From an uncultured bacterium (GTDB taxonomy: Bacteria > Babelota > Babeliae > Babelales > Babelaceae), in contig CAVQBR010000001.1 in NCBI GenBank assembly GCA_963710865.1, positions 48,430 to 112,429 of the forward strand: DNA of 64,000 nt. The letters are read 5' to 3'. A program made the translations under genes and the position numbers. Below, piece after piece: positions 38,518 through 47,960 of the stretch (position 1 is its first letter; every line of letters begins with the position of its first letter). A model generated the notes under the pieces. That model was not told the origin of the DNA, did not search any database, and was given only the letters and a program-made list of their open reading frames with translations.

Positions 38518-40631
38518 ATGAATACGCATCAACTTTTATGGTGCTTATTAGCACTGTATCCAAGCATAGAGGGAGTAACCCAAATTGTTACGACAACATC
38601 GGATATACCAGTAAGCGGCCAGCTTACGTTAAGGGAAGCAATCAATGCTGTGAATGCGTCACAGGACGCTACTAACTTTATCACGTTTGCTATTCCAGGT
38701 ACAGAAGTTCAGATCATAACTCCTTTGAATACCTTACCTCAGATTGTTAAGAAAGTTACCATAGATGGGTACACACAGCCCGGCTCCGTAAAGAATAGTT
38801 CTACAGATCGCAGCAGTAATGCTCACCCTACAGTAGTCATTCAGGGTGATTTAATTAATCAAGTGACTGGAGAAATTAATCCAGCACCACAAACAACCTT
38901 CGGCCTGCGCTTTGGCGTTGCGGTATCTCCTGATGGCACCGTGCTCTCAACTTCCGAAGGATCAACGATTAGTGGCCTTGTCATTAATAATTGTTTTAGT
39001 GCGGGTATCGAAATACTCGGTGCAAGTTCTCTCACCATCAAGGGAAACTTTCTTGGAACTGATGATACCGGTGAAATCGTCATCCCAAATGGTTCAGCAA
39101 TTCGCATCGCTCCTGCCTCGGAATCACTACCAGCAAATACCTGCTGCATAGGTGGAGGCGACTCTGCTGATAAAAACCTTATCGCAGGTACCCTCTATCC
39201 CTTTAGAAATGGAGGGGTATTTCTTGCAGGGATCAAACAAAACGATAATCCGTAATAATATTATTGGAACTAATAAGGAAGGAACTGAAGCCTTAGGAAG
39301 TACAGACTTTGGTATCTTCATCTCTGGAGATTCTTCAACGACCCGCATTGACCATAATCTCATTTCCGGCTGTTCATACGCAGGAATTAACATTCGCAAC
39401 TCAAGTGGAACTCTCATTACCGATAATTTCATTGGGACAAATGTAAGTGGAACAAGCTCTCTCGCCAACGGTACGGGCATCATATATACAGGCGGGAATG
39501 TGATATTCTGACGATGACACCATCATTGGTGGATATAATCCTGCAGAACGCAATATTATTTCTGGAAATGCTGGACATGGTATTTTGTTAGCAAGCTTTG
39601 GGAAGTTTATGTATTCTTACAATGATCGGGTATACCAAACGTATATCTATAATAATTTTATCGGTGTCGATGTCACGGGCCTTGCAGCCCTTCCTAACGC
39701 CGCTTCTGGGGTATATCTTGGTCCGAGTGCCTACACTGAGCTAGAAAAAAACATTATTTCTGGAAATGGAGAACATGGGGTAACCATTGCCGAAGATAGC
39801 TATGGCACAACCCTTGGAGGTAACTTCATAGGAACAGATAGCTCAGGATCTGGTGCAATACCAAATAGCGGCGATGGAATTTGGATCGGAAAAGCGCAAG
39901 GTGCTGCATCCGACACGTATATTTCGGACTTATCTGATAGAGGTGGTAATATTATTTCAGGAAATCGAGGAAATGGCGTCAGTATTAGATCATTTTCAGA
40001 CTACATCACCATTCAAAATAATCTCATTGGGAGAGCAAAGGATACTACCGAACTAGGTAATGGTGGCGCCGGTATCTTCATCCAGTGTTCCTCAGATAAT
40101 CAAATAGGAAATGACTATTATGTAGACGATAAAATTGAAGGAAATACGATAAGCGCCAATGGCGGTCCAGGAGTCATTATCCTTGACCCTACAAACAATG
40201 ATGCATCGGTAAGAAATACCATTCTCTCCAATAGCATTTACTGTAATGGTGGTAAGGGCATTCAGCTTGGCGCTTCTTCCTGTAAAAATCTTTCTGGGCC
40301 TAATAAATGCCTCCATCATCCAATAATTACTTCAGTTACTACGGACGGTACATCAACGCTCATCAAGGGAGAGCTTCGTAATATGGAAGATGGATATCAT
40401 AATTATTACAAAGTTCAATTATTTGATACAAGCGCAACCTGTATCTCCACAGCCAATGGAGAGACCTTTGTCAAAGAGCTCTCTGTAGATGCGGATGGAA
40501 AGAAGCATGTTTTATTTGAAGAACGCATAGATCGTGTTCTGCAATCGGTAAGCGCAACCGCTACCGGTTCGAGCGGTAATACGTCTGAATTGAGCCCCAA
40601 TGTAAATGCTGTAATTGTCGATACCCTTTAA
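38518..40631 (+). pseudogene. parallel beta-helix repeat protein (third family member), broken by two single-nt frameshifts
   Basis: Three consecutive ORFs (38518..39255, 39152..39511, 39585..40631) all carry the same repeat family. The N-terminus VTTTSDIPVSGQLTLREAINAVN ... ITFAIPG ... VTIDGYTQPG parallels the two big paralogs. The frame changes lie near the GGG run at about 39229..39231 and the TT at about 39505. Sequencing error cannot be excluded. Confidence 0.7.
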
Positions 40632-40640
40632 GGAGAACCT

Positions 40641-42119
40641 ATGTTTAAAGCTCTACTTATGACTGCTTGCTTAACTGCACAAGCACAAAATGTAACAATT
40701 CCTTTAGCAGTTACCGCTCTCGTACAAGATAAGACGCCTGCTCCACCAGGAGCACCTCTTCCTTCCGCCATAGGGGGCGCTGTCGGCACAACACAGATTG
40801 TGGTCTGCACAAATTCAGGCGTTAAAAGCTTAGATAAGATAACTGGGCTACCAGATAATGTGCTCAATATAGCCGTCTCTTCTCTCTTTAATGAAAGCGG
40901 CTACGCCATTACGGGCTGTCATATTCGTTTTGATGCATATACTCAGCGATGGATTGCTATCGGAATTTTGAGTAATCCTGGAGATGGCAATAGTAATGTG
41001 CTCTATATCGCAGTAGCTGATACAAGCACGACTAATGGTACTATCACTCCTTATACCAGCTGGCAGGTTTTCAGCTTTAATCCAGATAACATCCCCAATG
41101 GGCCGGGCAGTTGCCAAACTGACGAAATTCTCTATCTAAGTTCACCTACGCTCGCCATTGATGCTAAAGCTGTTTATATAGGCGCCAATATGCTTTCAAC
41201 TGAGGGTACGCTTCGGCGGGCCACTGCGTATGTTATACAGAAAGAATCACTGTTTCAACCTGATAAGTACGCAGTTAAGATTGTAGCTTTCAATAATATA
41301 TCATCCTATGAACTCTTTTATGATCTGCAGGGAGTCGATACGCTCAGTGACCCCAATCCTCCCTTTGGTGGATTCATTGCAACAAGTATCAAAAGACCAA
41401 CAAGTACCTTGGGCTATTACAAAATCCTCAACCAGGACTTTGTCACGAGTAGCAAGTTTCCTGAGGGACTGCCACGGATTGAAGGGCCGTATCTCATTGA
41501 GGGAGGTCCTCTGATAGATACCGATACCGTCTACGCTCCTCATAAAGGCAACCTTGGTGGCTCAGAAGGCCTCATACAATCTGCAACCGGAAAATTACTC
41601 ACGGCCTCTATGCAAAAAAAGCCAGGATCAGACGACTTTCTCCTTCATACAACACTATGTGCGCCAGTCAATGGACAAGGCACAGGAGTAACACCAACCG
41701 ATCGGTTAGGAATCTATTGGTATGAAATTGAAAATCTAGCCACTAAGCCGCAATTAACTGATAATTGTGGGGTTATCTATGACCCCAGCTCCACTAATCC
41801 CAACTCCTATTACTTGCCTGCAATTATGACTGATAAAGAGGGGAATATGACCATTAGTTGCTCATCTTCTGGCAATGCTAGATTCATAGAAGCAGTTACG
41901 TTCGGCAGAAAATATACTGATGCACCTGGTCAACTTGGGCCTGAACAACTCATACAGGGCAGTAATGCAGCGTATAATTTTGAGTATCCTCTTCAACACT
42001 GGGGAGACTATACCTATACCAGCCTAGATCCAGTTAACCAAAAAGATATGTATACCTTCCAACAATATACTCACAAGGCCAATACATGGGGAATTATAGT
42101 GGCTCAATTGCAGGTATAG
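40641..42119 (+). CDS. stand-alone homolog of the C-terminal propeller-like domain of the big beta-helix proteins
   Basis: It starts 9 nt after the beta-helix ORF stop. VKSLDKITGLPDNVLNI ... IRFDAYTQRWIAI ... AIDAKAVYIG ... HWGDYTYTSLDPVNQKDMYTF aligns with IRSFDKATGKPDGVLNI ... ITYSRFLDRWILS ... ATDVNAVYIS ... QRWGDLSSLAPDPSNDLIIW of 14431..17562. Confidence 0.75.
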   Translation: MFKALLMTACLTAQAQNVTIPLAVTALVQDKTPAPPGAPLPSAIGGAVGTTQIVVCTNSGVKSLDKITGLPDNVLNIAVSSLFNESGYAITGCHIRFDAYTQRWIAIGILSNPGDGNSNVLYIAVADTSTTNGTITPYTSWQVFSFNPDNIPNGPGSCQTDEILYLSSPTLAIDAKAVYIGANMLSTEGTLRRATAYVIQKESLFQPDKYAVKIVAFNNISSYELFYDLQGVDTLSDPNPPFGGFIATSIKRPTSTLGYYKILNQDFVTSSKFPEGLPRIEGPYLIEGGPLIDTDTVYAPHKGNLGGSEGLIQSATGKLLTASMQKKPGSDDFLLHTTLCAPVNGQGTGVTPTDRLGIYWYEIENLATKPQLTDNCGVIYDPSSTNPNSYYLPAIMTDKEGNMTISCSSSGNARFIEAVTFGRKYTDAPGQLGPEQLIQGSNAAYNFEYPLQHWGDYTYTSLDPVNQKDMYTFQQYTHKANTWGIIVAQLQV

Positions 42120-42210
42120 CCACTCAAGCTCGAGAAGCTTATTTTTAGCAGCTCCCCTTTTGCCGAAGGGGAAGAGCGCAGATAAGCTCCACACAGCATA
42201 GTTAAATAGT

Positions 42211-42582
42211 TTGTGGTTACAGAGCGGAGAGGTCTTCTCTCCGCCCATCCCAGCATCTAAGCATCTGCATACAGTCCTTGTTCAAGCACGAACAGTAGTA
42301 CTGGTTACCTGGCTTTTAGGAAGCACCTTGCTTGCGTTTAATATGAAGCAAGACCATGTGCCGATTTGCAAACAAGGAATCTTTGCAAATCGTTTTGGAA
42401 CAATTTTGTTGATCACGATTATAGCGTTTATACTTGCAATAACACATGTATCATTTCTTTTCTCTTACCTACAAACAACGAGGCTTTCTTCTTCTCAGTG
42501 GGCGCTGATACTTTTGGTTTCCGTTGTTTCTACGTGTTGGATAGAATTAAAGAAAATAGTGTCTATTGCCTCAAAAGATTAG
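42211..42582 (+). pseudogene. C-terminal remnant of a P-type cation-transporting ATPase (last 3 TM segments)
   Basis: ARTVVLVTWLLGSTLLAFNMKQDHVPICKQGIFANRFGTILLITIIAFILAI ... WALILLVSVVSTCWIELKKIV resembles the conserved ARTM.F..LV..Q...AFN.RS ... G.F.N ... W......S......E..K tail of P2/P3-type ATPases. No upstream ATPase domains are present. Confidence 0.45.
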
Positions 42583-42772
42583 CGTGAACAATCAGTATGA
42601 CAGAGTGTGATTCTGGTTCAAAACTAAGTGCTTGGGCACAAGCGATTATCACGGGGCTCCGGTATTATGAATTTGCAAATCAATCATAATATTTTGAACA
42701 GGCTTGTCTGAAAACCGATTGACCTCCATGGCACTCAAAAGCACCAACGGAGGCCATTAGCGAAGTATAAAC

Positions 42773-43402
42773 TTACTTGTTCGTTTCGGGGAGCAACAAA
42801 GGCATAATCTCATAGAGAGAATTTTTATTCGCAATAGTGTAAGGGATAGCCTTACGCTTATCGGCTAGCGATTTATCTGCACCAGCAGCTAATAACAATT
42901 GAATCACTTGAACATGGCTAGACATCGCTTGCGCAAGTGCCGGGTCACGTTCATCAAAACGTTTTTCCTTTATAGCCAGCATCGTTGCATCATTTCTTGC
43001 TCTAGCAGCACCCTTAACAGCAGCCAATAAGGGAGTTCTGCCAAAATAATCACCTTTGTTTACATCTACCCCAGCATCTAATAATATACTCACAGCATTA
43101 CCAAGACCTTGGTAGGCGGCCATATGCAAAGCCGTTTGACCATTATAAAGACCCTTGTTCCAGGCCCCTGCTTCCAGCAACAATTGAACTGCTTCTGTAC
43201 TGCCTTTATTAGCTGCTTCAAAAAGCAGTTTATGCCCATTTGCCGTATTTTCGTTAAATGGGACCTGCAAGTCACGCAAGATTTGGAAAGCAGCTTCCAT
43301 AGCTTCTGATTGGGCATCTCGCTGATCTATTACTTCCGCTCCATACAGAGCTCCACAGCTCAAAAAAGATAAAAGGGCTAATGCCCCTACTGATGTATTC
43401 AT
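42773..43402 (-). CDS. small secreted ankyrin-repeat protein
   Basis: The likely start is the ATG at 43402 (GGGGGA SD; MNTSVGALALLSFLSCGALYG signal peptide). It has 4-5 ankyrin units (GQTALHMAAYQGLGNAVSILLDAGVDVN, GRTPLLAAVKG ...). Confidence 0.85.
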   Translation of the reverse strand: MNTSVGALALLSFLSCGALYGAEVIDQRDAQSEAMEAAFQILRDLQVPFNENTANGHKLLFEAANKGSTEAVQLLLEAGAWNKGLYNGQTALHMAAYQGLGNAVSILLDAGVDVNKGDYFGRTPLLAAVKGAARARNDATMLAIKEKRFDERDPALAQAMSSHVQVIQLLLAAGADKSLADKRKAIPYTIANKNSLYEIMPLLLPETNK

Positions 43403-43620
43403 AGGAAATCCCCCTAAAAATTTAAACATGTTAATAATATCTAATAGAATTATACTAGAGACAGAATCTGGTGTCAAATTCTTTGGCATTCGTCACTTTT
43501 TTCTCATCTCTTGACAGAAGCATGACTGATCACTGATACTCACCTAAAGACATCTGCAATCGAAGCTTCGCTAGCGATAGTGCGGTGACCACTGAAATAC
43601 GCATAGAACGGTAATTAACT

Positions 43621-43899
43621 ATGGTAAAGAAAAAAAAGCTCTGGGTAGCTCATGTCCAAGAAACTTCCAATGCTATGGATATTCCCCTCGGTCTGTTTAC
43701 ACGACCTGCTAAAGAGGTAGCTCAAGGCTTACAAAAAGCGGTCTACGAAAGTTCACGTACCAAAGGCACAAAGTTTCAATCGGCTATGTCTATGCTCAAT
43801 TTTTATATTAATCGTGCAGGGAAAAAGTTACCCACAGCAGATAAGAAGAGGCTCGAACAAGCGAAGATAGAGCTGAGAAAGCTCTTTGGCAAGATCTAA
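43621..43899 (+). CDS. DUF3175 family protein
   Basis: 92 aa. FQSAMSMLNFYINRAGKKLPTADKKRLEQAKIELRKLFG matches the SAMSML.FYINRAGK.L ... L..AK.ELR signature I associate with DUF3175. Confidence 0.8.
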   Translation: MVKKKKLWVAHVQETSNAMDIPLGLFTRPAKEVAQGLQKAVYESSRTKGTKFQSAMSMLNFYINRAGKKLPTADKKRLEQAKIELRKLFGKI

Positions 43900-43973
43900 G
43901 GATCCAGCTACGCAGACCAACAACGAAAAGAGGGGGTTACCCCCCTCGGTATTCAAAATTACATGTTCTGTTC

Positions 43974-44525
43974 TTATGGAGTAACAGCTGCTGCCGCTGC
44001 GCTGGGCTCACCTCGTAACCTACGCAGAGCTTCACGGGCAGGTGGATTTACTACTGTAACTGCCGTTTGACCTGCATAAGGAGCATACGTCACTGGGCCT
44101 TCGACAGATTGCATTTCAGTTGCTTTAAATACGAATGGACTATTCAGCTTTCCAATAGCATTTGAGCTTACTTTTATCACACGATTATCGGGCGTCCGAA
44201 CATACCATCCGATCACCTGAGAATGAGAAATAATAGGCGCTCCTAAAATTCCATAGTCATATTTCCGAACGGGAGTAGCTGTCCCCGTCGTTCTTGCATA
44301 GATGACCAACTCATTCTTCTTAAATTCATCCCCGGGAATGCCAAACCTAGCAAAGGTACGCACTCTCGAAGGGGCAAGCTCAGGAAATTCTGTTTCTGTA
44401 GTAGACGCCTTAGCTACTTCATTAACATGCGTAAGAAATTCTTCTTGCGTCATTCTCCAAGTATCCATGCCTTGTGCATAAGAACTGAGTAACAGCCCGA
44501 AGGTTGTGATAAGTATCATTTTCAT
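43974..44525 (-). CDS. secreted hypothetical protein (paralog of 44751..45392)
   Basis: ATG at 44525 with AAGGAG upstream and signal peptide MKMILITTFGLLLSSYAQG. Shared blocks with the neighbour: MTQEEFLTHVNEVAK ... EFPELAPSRVRTFARFGIPGDEFKKNELV. Confidence 0.65.
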   Translation of the reverse strand: MKMILITTFGLLLSSYAQGMDTWRMTQEEFLTHVNEVAKASTTETEFPELAPSRVRTFARFGIPGDEFKKNELVIYARTTGTATPVRKYDYGILGAPIISHSQVIGWYVRTPDNRVIKVSSNAIGKLNSPFVFKATEMQSVEGPVTYAPYAGQTAVTVVNPPAREALRRLRGEPSAAAAAVTP

Positions 44526-44750
44526 GAAAAACTCCTTTGCTAGATTATTTGTTTTTAAATAATAGGCATCCCCACAGATACTAACCATACTGCATGAGAG
44601 CCAAAACTATCGATGATTGTAAACTATTTCGTCGTCCCATTGGATGAAACAAGCTTCCGTAGTACATCCTGCTCACGAAAAAAGGGCAACTATAACGTCA
44701 CCCTTTCCCCAAACCTAGCTAGATGCCCGAGGTCCAGAAATTCGTTAAGC

Positions 44751-45392
44751 TTACATTGATCCCGGTTTCTTACCAATCTGCGCAAGCTCGGTAATAGTTT
44801 CTTCCATAGCAGACTCTGAAATACTAGGAGCACTTGGAGCTGCAGCTGCAGCCGCTGGAGTTACGGCAGAAACCGTTCGCCTGCTTCCTGCAACTGGCCT
44901 CAGTCCTACCGCTCCCGTAGTTGTTGGACGCGTCACTGATACGCCTGCTTGGCCGCTATAAGGCGCATAAGGCAGTGCCGCACCATGAGCTCGCATTTCC
45001 TGCTCTTTAAATTTCGGTTGATTTCTCAACTTTCCAATCTCTTTGGAGCTTCTTTCTATCACTGATCTCTCAGGAGTCTGGACCATCCATCCTCTTACTT
45101 CGCCACCAGATATAACGGGTACGGATAAAATACCGTACGTATACGTTCGAGATGGTGTTTCAAAAACAACCAATTCATCCTTATTAAAATCATGCCCAGG
45201 AAGGCCAAACTTGGCGAAGGTATTAATTTTAGCAGGATCAAGCTCAGGAAACTCCCGCGCTGTGTTCATTTCTCTTGCTACCTGACCAACATGCGTCAGA
45301 AATTCTTGCTTCGTCATTTGAGTAGTATCTACAGCTCGGATACTAGAACCTGCCAATAACCCGCAGGCTGCGATAAGTATAAGCTTATTCAT
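44751..45392 (-). CDS. secreted hypothetical protein (paralog of 43974..44525)
   Basis: ATG at 45392 with AAAGGAG upstream and signal peptide MNKLILIAACGLLAGSSIRA. MTKQEFLTHVGQVAR ... EFPELDPAKINTFAKFGLPGHDFNKDELV. Ala-rich C-terminal tail. Confidence 0.65.
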   Translation of the reverse strand: MNKLILIAACGLLAGSSIRAVDTTQMTKQEFLTHVGQVAREMNTAREFPELDPAKINTFAKFGLPGHDFNKDELVVFETPSRTYTYGILSVPVISGGEVRGWMVQTPERSVIERSSKEIGKLRNQPKFKEQEMRAHGAALPYAPYSGQAGVSVTRPTTTGAVGLRPVAGSRRTVSAVTPAAAAAAPSAPSISESAMEETITELAQIGKKPGSM

Positions 45393-45612
45393 AAGAAAAC
45401 TCCTTTTTATTATATGGAACCCTATTATTTTACATGGAGGCATCAGTTGTAGCTGAATTCTACCTCTATTATAACCATACTGCATTCAGGCTTGAAAAGT
45501 CAACGATTTGAAAAAAAAATTGCAAATCATTTCTAAATGTTCTCAGAGAAATTGAGGGTAATAAACAGGCATCAGCAAGAGATGTTTCTGAGGCAGACAA
45601 GTCTCGCAGACC

Positions 45613-46228
45613 TTACAATCCAGCTGATGACCTGACCACGCGAGTTAACTCATCAGCACCAATAATACCCGCATGTACTTTTGACAGACCATCATCAAGC
45701 ACTGTCGCCATACCTTCTTTGCGTGCTTGCTTACAAAGATCATCGTACGCAGGGTGGTCGACAAGTGCCTGTTTAAGGTCAGAAGAGAGCCTTAGAAACT
45801 CAAAGATACCGATTCTCCCTTTGCTCCTCGTGTAGTTACAAGTTGAGCAGCCTTTACTTACGAAGGTCCGCTCTAGTCCTTGTCTCTGTTCTTCAAGAGT
45901 CAGTTCCCGTTCAGAACGACAATCTAGGCAGAGGCGTCGAGCCAAGCGCTGAGCTAAGACCCCGGCCAACGGTCGCTGCTATAAGGTAGGGAGGAATGCC
46001 CATATCTATGAAATGTATAAAGGTCCCGGGGGCGTCGGAAGTATGGAGCGTACTAAGCACCAGATGACCAGTAATGGCAGCTTGTACAGCGACGTGCGCA
46101 GTCTCAGTATCACGTATTTCATCAATCATAATAATACCGGGATCTTGACGAAGAAAGGAACACAAGCCCGTGCAAAGGTCAATCCGATCTCCGAAGCAAC
46201 CTGCGTTATTCCTTCTATAGCGAGTCAA
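45613..46228 (-). pseudogene. frameshifted 3-prime fragment of a GspE/PilB-type ATPase gene (decayed copy of 52170..53333)
   Basis: ORFs 45613..45969 and 45911..46228 lie in two frames and align to the C-terminal roughly 200 aa of the intact gene ([37 protein letters not shown]; [12 protein letters not shown] ... GIIGADELTRVVRSSAGL). There is no N-terminal half and no Walker A. Confidence 0.85.
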
Positions 46229-46345
46229 GGCTAGATGCCTCCAGTTATCTTCTTGTATCAGATCACAAATTTTTATTGCATAATTCTGGACCTATTATAT
46301 ACTTCAGATTGAAGGGAGGCACTTGATCTACGAAAGGGCCTTGGG

Positions 46346-47380
46346 ATGTATTTGTCTTCCAGTTTTATACTATTCATATTCGTTTCAACCTTCGCACTTG
46401 ATGGATATTTTTCTAGCCGACACGTCTTTGTAGGACCAGATAAAAAAGTAATTTATCTATATGGAGATGATCATCGTGTATACGGCGATATCAACAAAAA
46501 GCAATTTGATGCAATGATGTATGTACTCCAAGAAGCAGAAAAATTGCCCAATACAAAACTAATGATATATATAGAATACCCACAGGCTAATTACATTGGA
46601 TACCGATACACTATACAATGCCCCATTAATGGTCTATTTTACTACACAAAAGATCTTAACTTGCAAAATAGTGTCCTCCAAGATTGTGATATACGAAAAG
46701 TTGTAAATGCAGCAAGAATTCTCCTTGAAATTAACCCAAAATTGACAGAAGAGCTCTGTTGTTCGGGCATACTCGATCCAGCATATGAAGGTCCTCGCAA
46801 ACAGTTTGCGATTGATTGTGTCAGAAATTTAGGTTGCCGAATTGATAGATTGACCTTTCAAGACATTCTCGACAGTTATGCTCAGTGGAAACAACAGTGC
46901 AAAATCTATCGGGATTCTTGGAGCTCTAAACGTATTAAGAAAGCTTTTGATGATCTCCTGATAGGGAATGAATGTGAGTACGATTGGTTTATAGAGAATC
47001 TGAACTCAGCTTCCATTGATCTCAATATGAAAGTACGTGACTATGCATGCCATTATTGGGAGACCTATGGATATGCAAATAGGGACTTAATTTTTTATCT
47101 CACAGGCGCCTTTTCAGATTTTCTTGATATGTACCTCATTAATAAAATTCTGCAACTACAAAGTGACTCATCTTTTAGCACCATTGTTATATGTGCAGGG
47201 GGCTCTCATACTAGCAATATTAGTGGGGCTCTCAAAGAACTAGGCTATAAGGAACTCGGGGAACCAATCGTTGGAAGCCCTACAGCTGAAAATATTATTA
47301 GTCGCGATAATATTCTGCAAATTCTCACCCCCCTTCCAGAATTGGAAGCGGCACAAGCTTCTCCATGTATCCTCATGTAA
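46346..47380 (+). CDS. hypothetical protein with hydrophobic N-terminus (paralogous N-terminal block to 4799..5224)
   Basis: 344-aa ORF with MYLSSSFILFIFVSTFALDG at the N-terminus. No family recognised. Confidence 0.6.
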   Translation: MYLSSSFILFIFVSTFALDGYFSSRHVFVGPDKKVIYLYGDDHRVYGDINKKQFDAMMYVLQEAEKLPNTKLMIYIEYPQANYIGYRYTIQCPINGLFYYTKDLNLQNSVLQDCDIRKVVNAARILLEINPKLTEELCCSGILDPAYEGPRKQFAIDCVRNLGCRIDRLTFQDILDSYAQWKQQCKIYRDSWSSKRIKKAFDDLLIGNECEYDWFIENLNSASIDLNMKVRDYACHYWETYGYANRDLIFYLTGAFSDFLDMYLINKILQLQSDSSFSTIVICAGGSHTSNISGALKELGYKELGEPIVGSPTAENIISRDNILQILTPLPELEAAQASPCILM

Positions 47381-47389
47381 GATTGAAAC

Positions 47390-47411
47390 TCTCTGGCTTA
47401 AAAGCCAGAGA
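47390..47411 (+). terminator. hairpin plus T-rich tail after 46346..47380
   Basis: TCTCTGGC-TTAAAA-GCCAGAGA followed by TTCTTGCTT, 10 nt after the stop. It lies in the 83-nt gap before the tnpB stop, so it could instead belong to the IS right end. Confidence 0.45.
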
Positions 47412-47463
47412 TTCTTGCTTCATCGGGTGAATCAACATTCATCCCTCCACAAGCTTTTGCAGG

Positions 47464-47875
47464 TCAAGCCTGCAGGAAGGATATTCCCGCCTTCCTTATG
47501 TTGAGTGCGGCATTCAGGTCACGATCCATGACCGAATCACACTGTGAACATTTATATGTCCTTTCCTTAAGCGGCATATCCTGCAATGCTCCACATGACG
47601 AGCACATTTTGCTGGACGGAAAAAATCTATCTACCACTATCAGTTTTTTTCCATACCACTCGCACTTATAAGAAAGAAGAGAAAAAAACCGACTCCAGGA
47701 GACGTCCGATATAGCAAAGGAGAGGCACCTATTTTTCACCATACCTCGCACATTCAAATTTTCAACTACGATAGCATCGTAGTTTTGCACGAGATGAGTT
47801 GTTAACTTGTGCAGAAAATCATCTCTTTGATTTCTTATATGCTCATGAAGTCTGCTGAACTTCTTTCTAATCTTA
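47464..47875 (-). CDS. tnpB: TnpB (IS200/IS605 OrfB) exon 2: RuvC-II, zinc finger, RuvC-III
   Basis: (L)KIRKKFSRLHEHIRNQRDDFLHKLTTHLVQNYDAIVVENLNVRGMVKN ... CSSCG ... CSQCDSVMDRDLNAALNI. The frame is open upstream of the track start (47790) as far as the intron boundary. Confidence 0.85.
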
Positions 47876-47960
47876 GTCGAGTAGTCGGGAATCGTCGGCT
47901 CGAGCTGACGATTCCCAACCCTCTAAGAACCGTACGTGAAGCTTTCGATTCATACGGCTC
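47876..47960 (-). ncRNA. group II intron domains V and VI
   Basis: Domain V is a 34-nt hairpin with the AGC triad and a GAAA tetraloop. Domain VI is a long stem with a single unpaired A (the A of GACTAC) at position -7 relative to the proposed 3-prime splice site. Confidence 0.8.

Noticed and set aside
47876-47891. Alternative 3-prime splice site after GAT at 47891 (exon 2 starting at 47890), which is also in frame
   Set aside because: It would cut through the 3-prime strand of the 10-bp domain VI stem (GACGATTCCC) and leave no bulged A at -7/-8. It would also add LPDYST to TnpB, where homologs go straight from NR to a basic K..K..LH segment. The 47876/47875 site fits both structure and homology better. 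Only RNA data can settle this.
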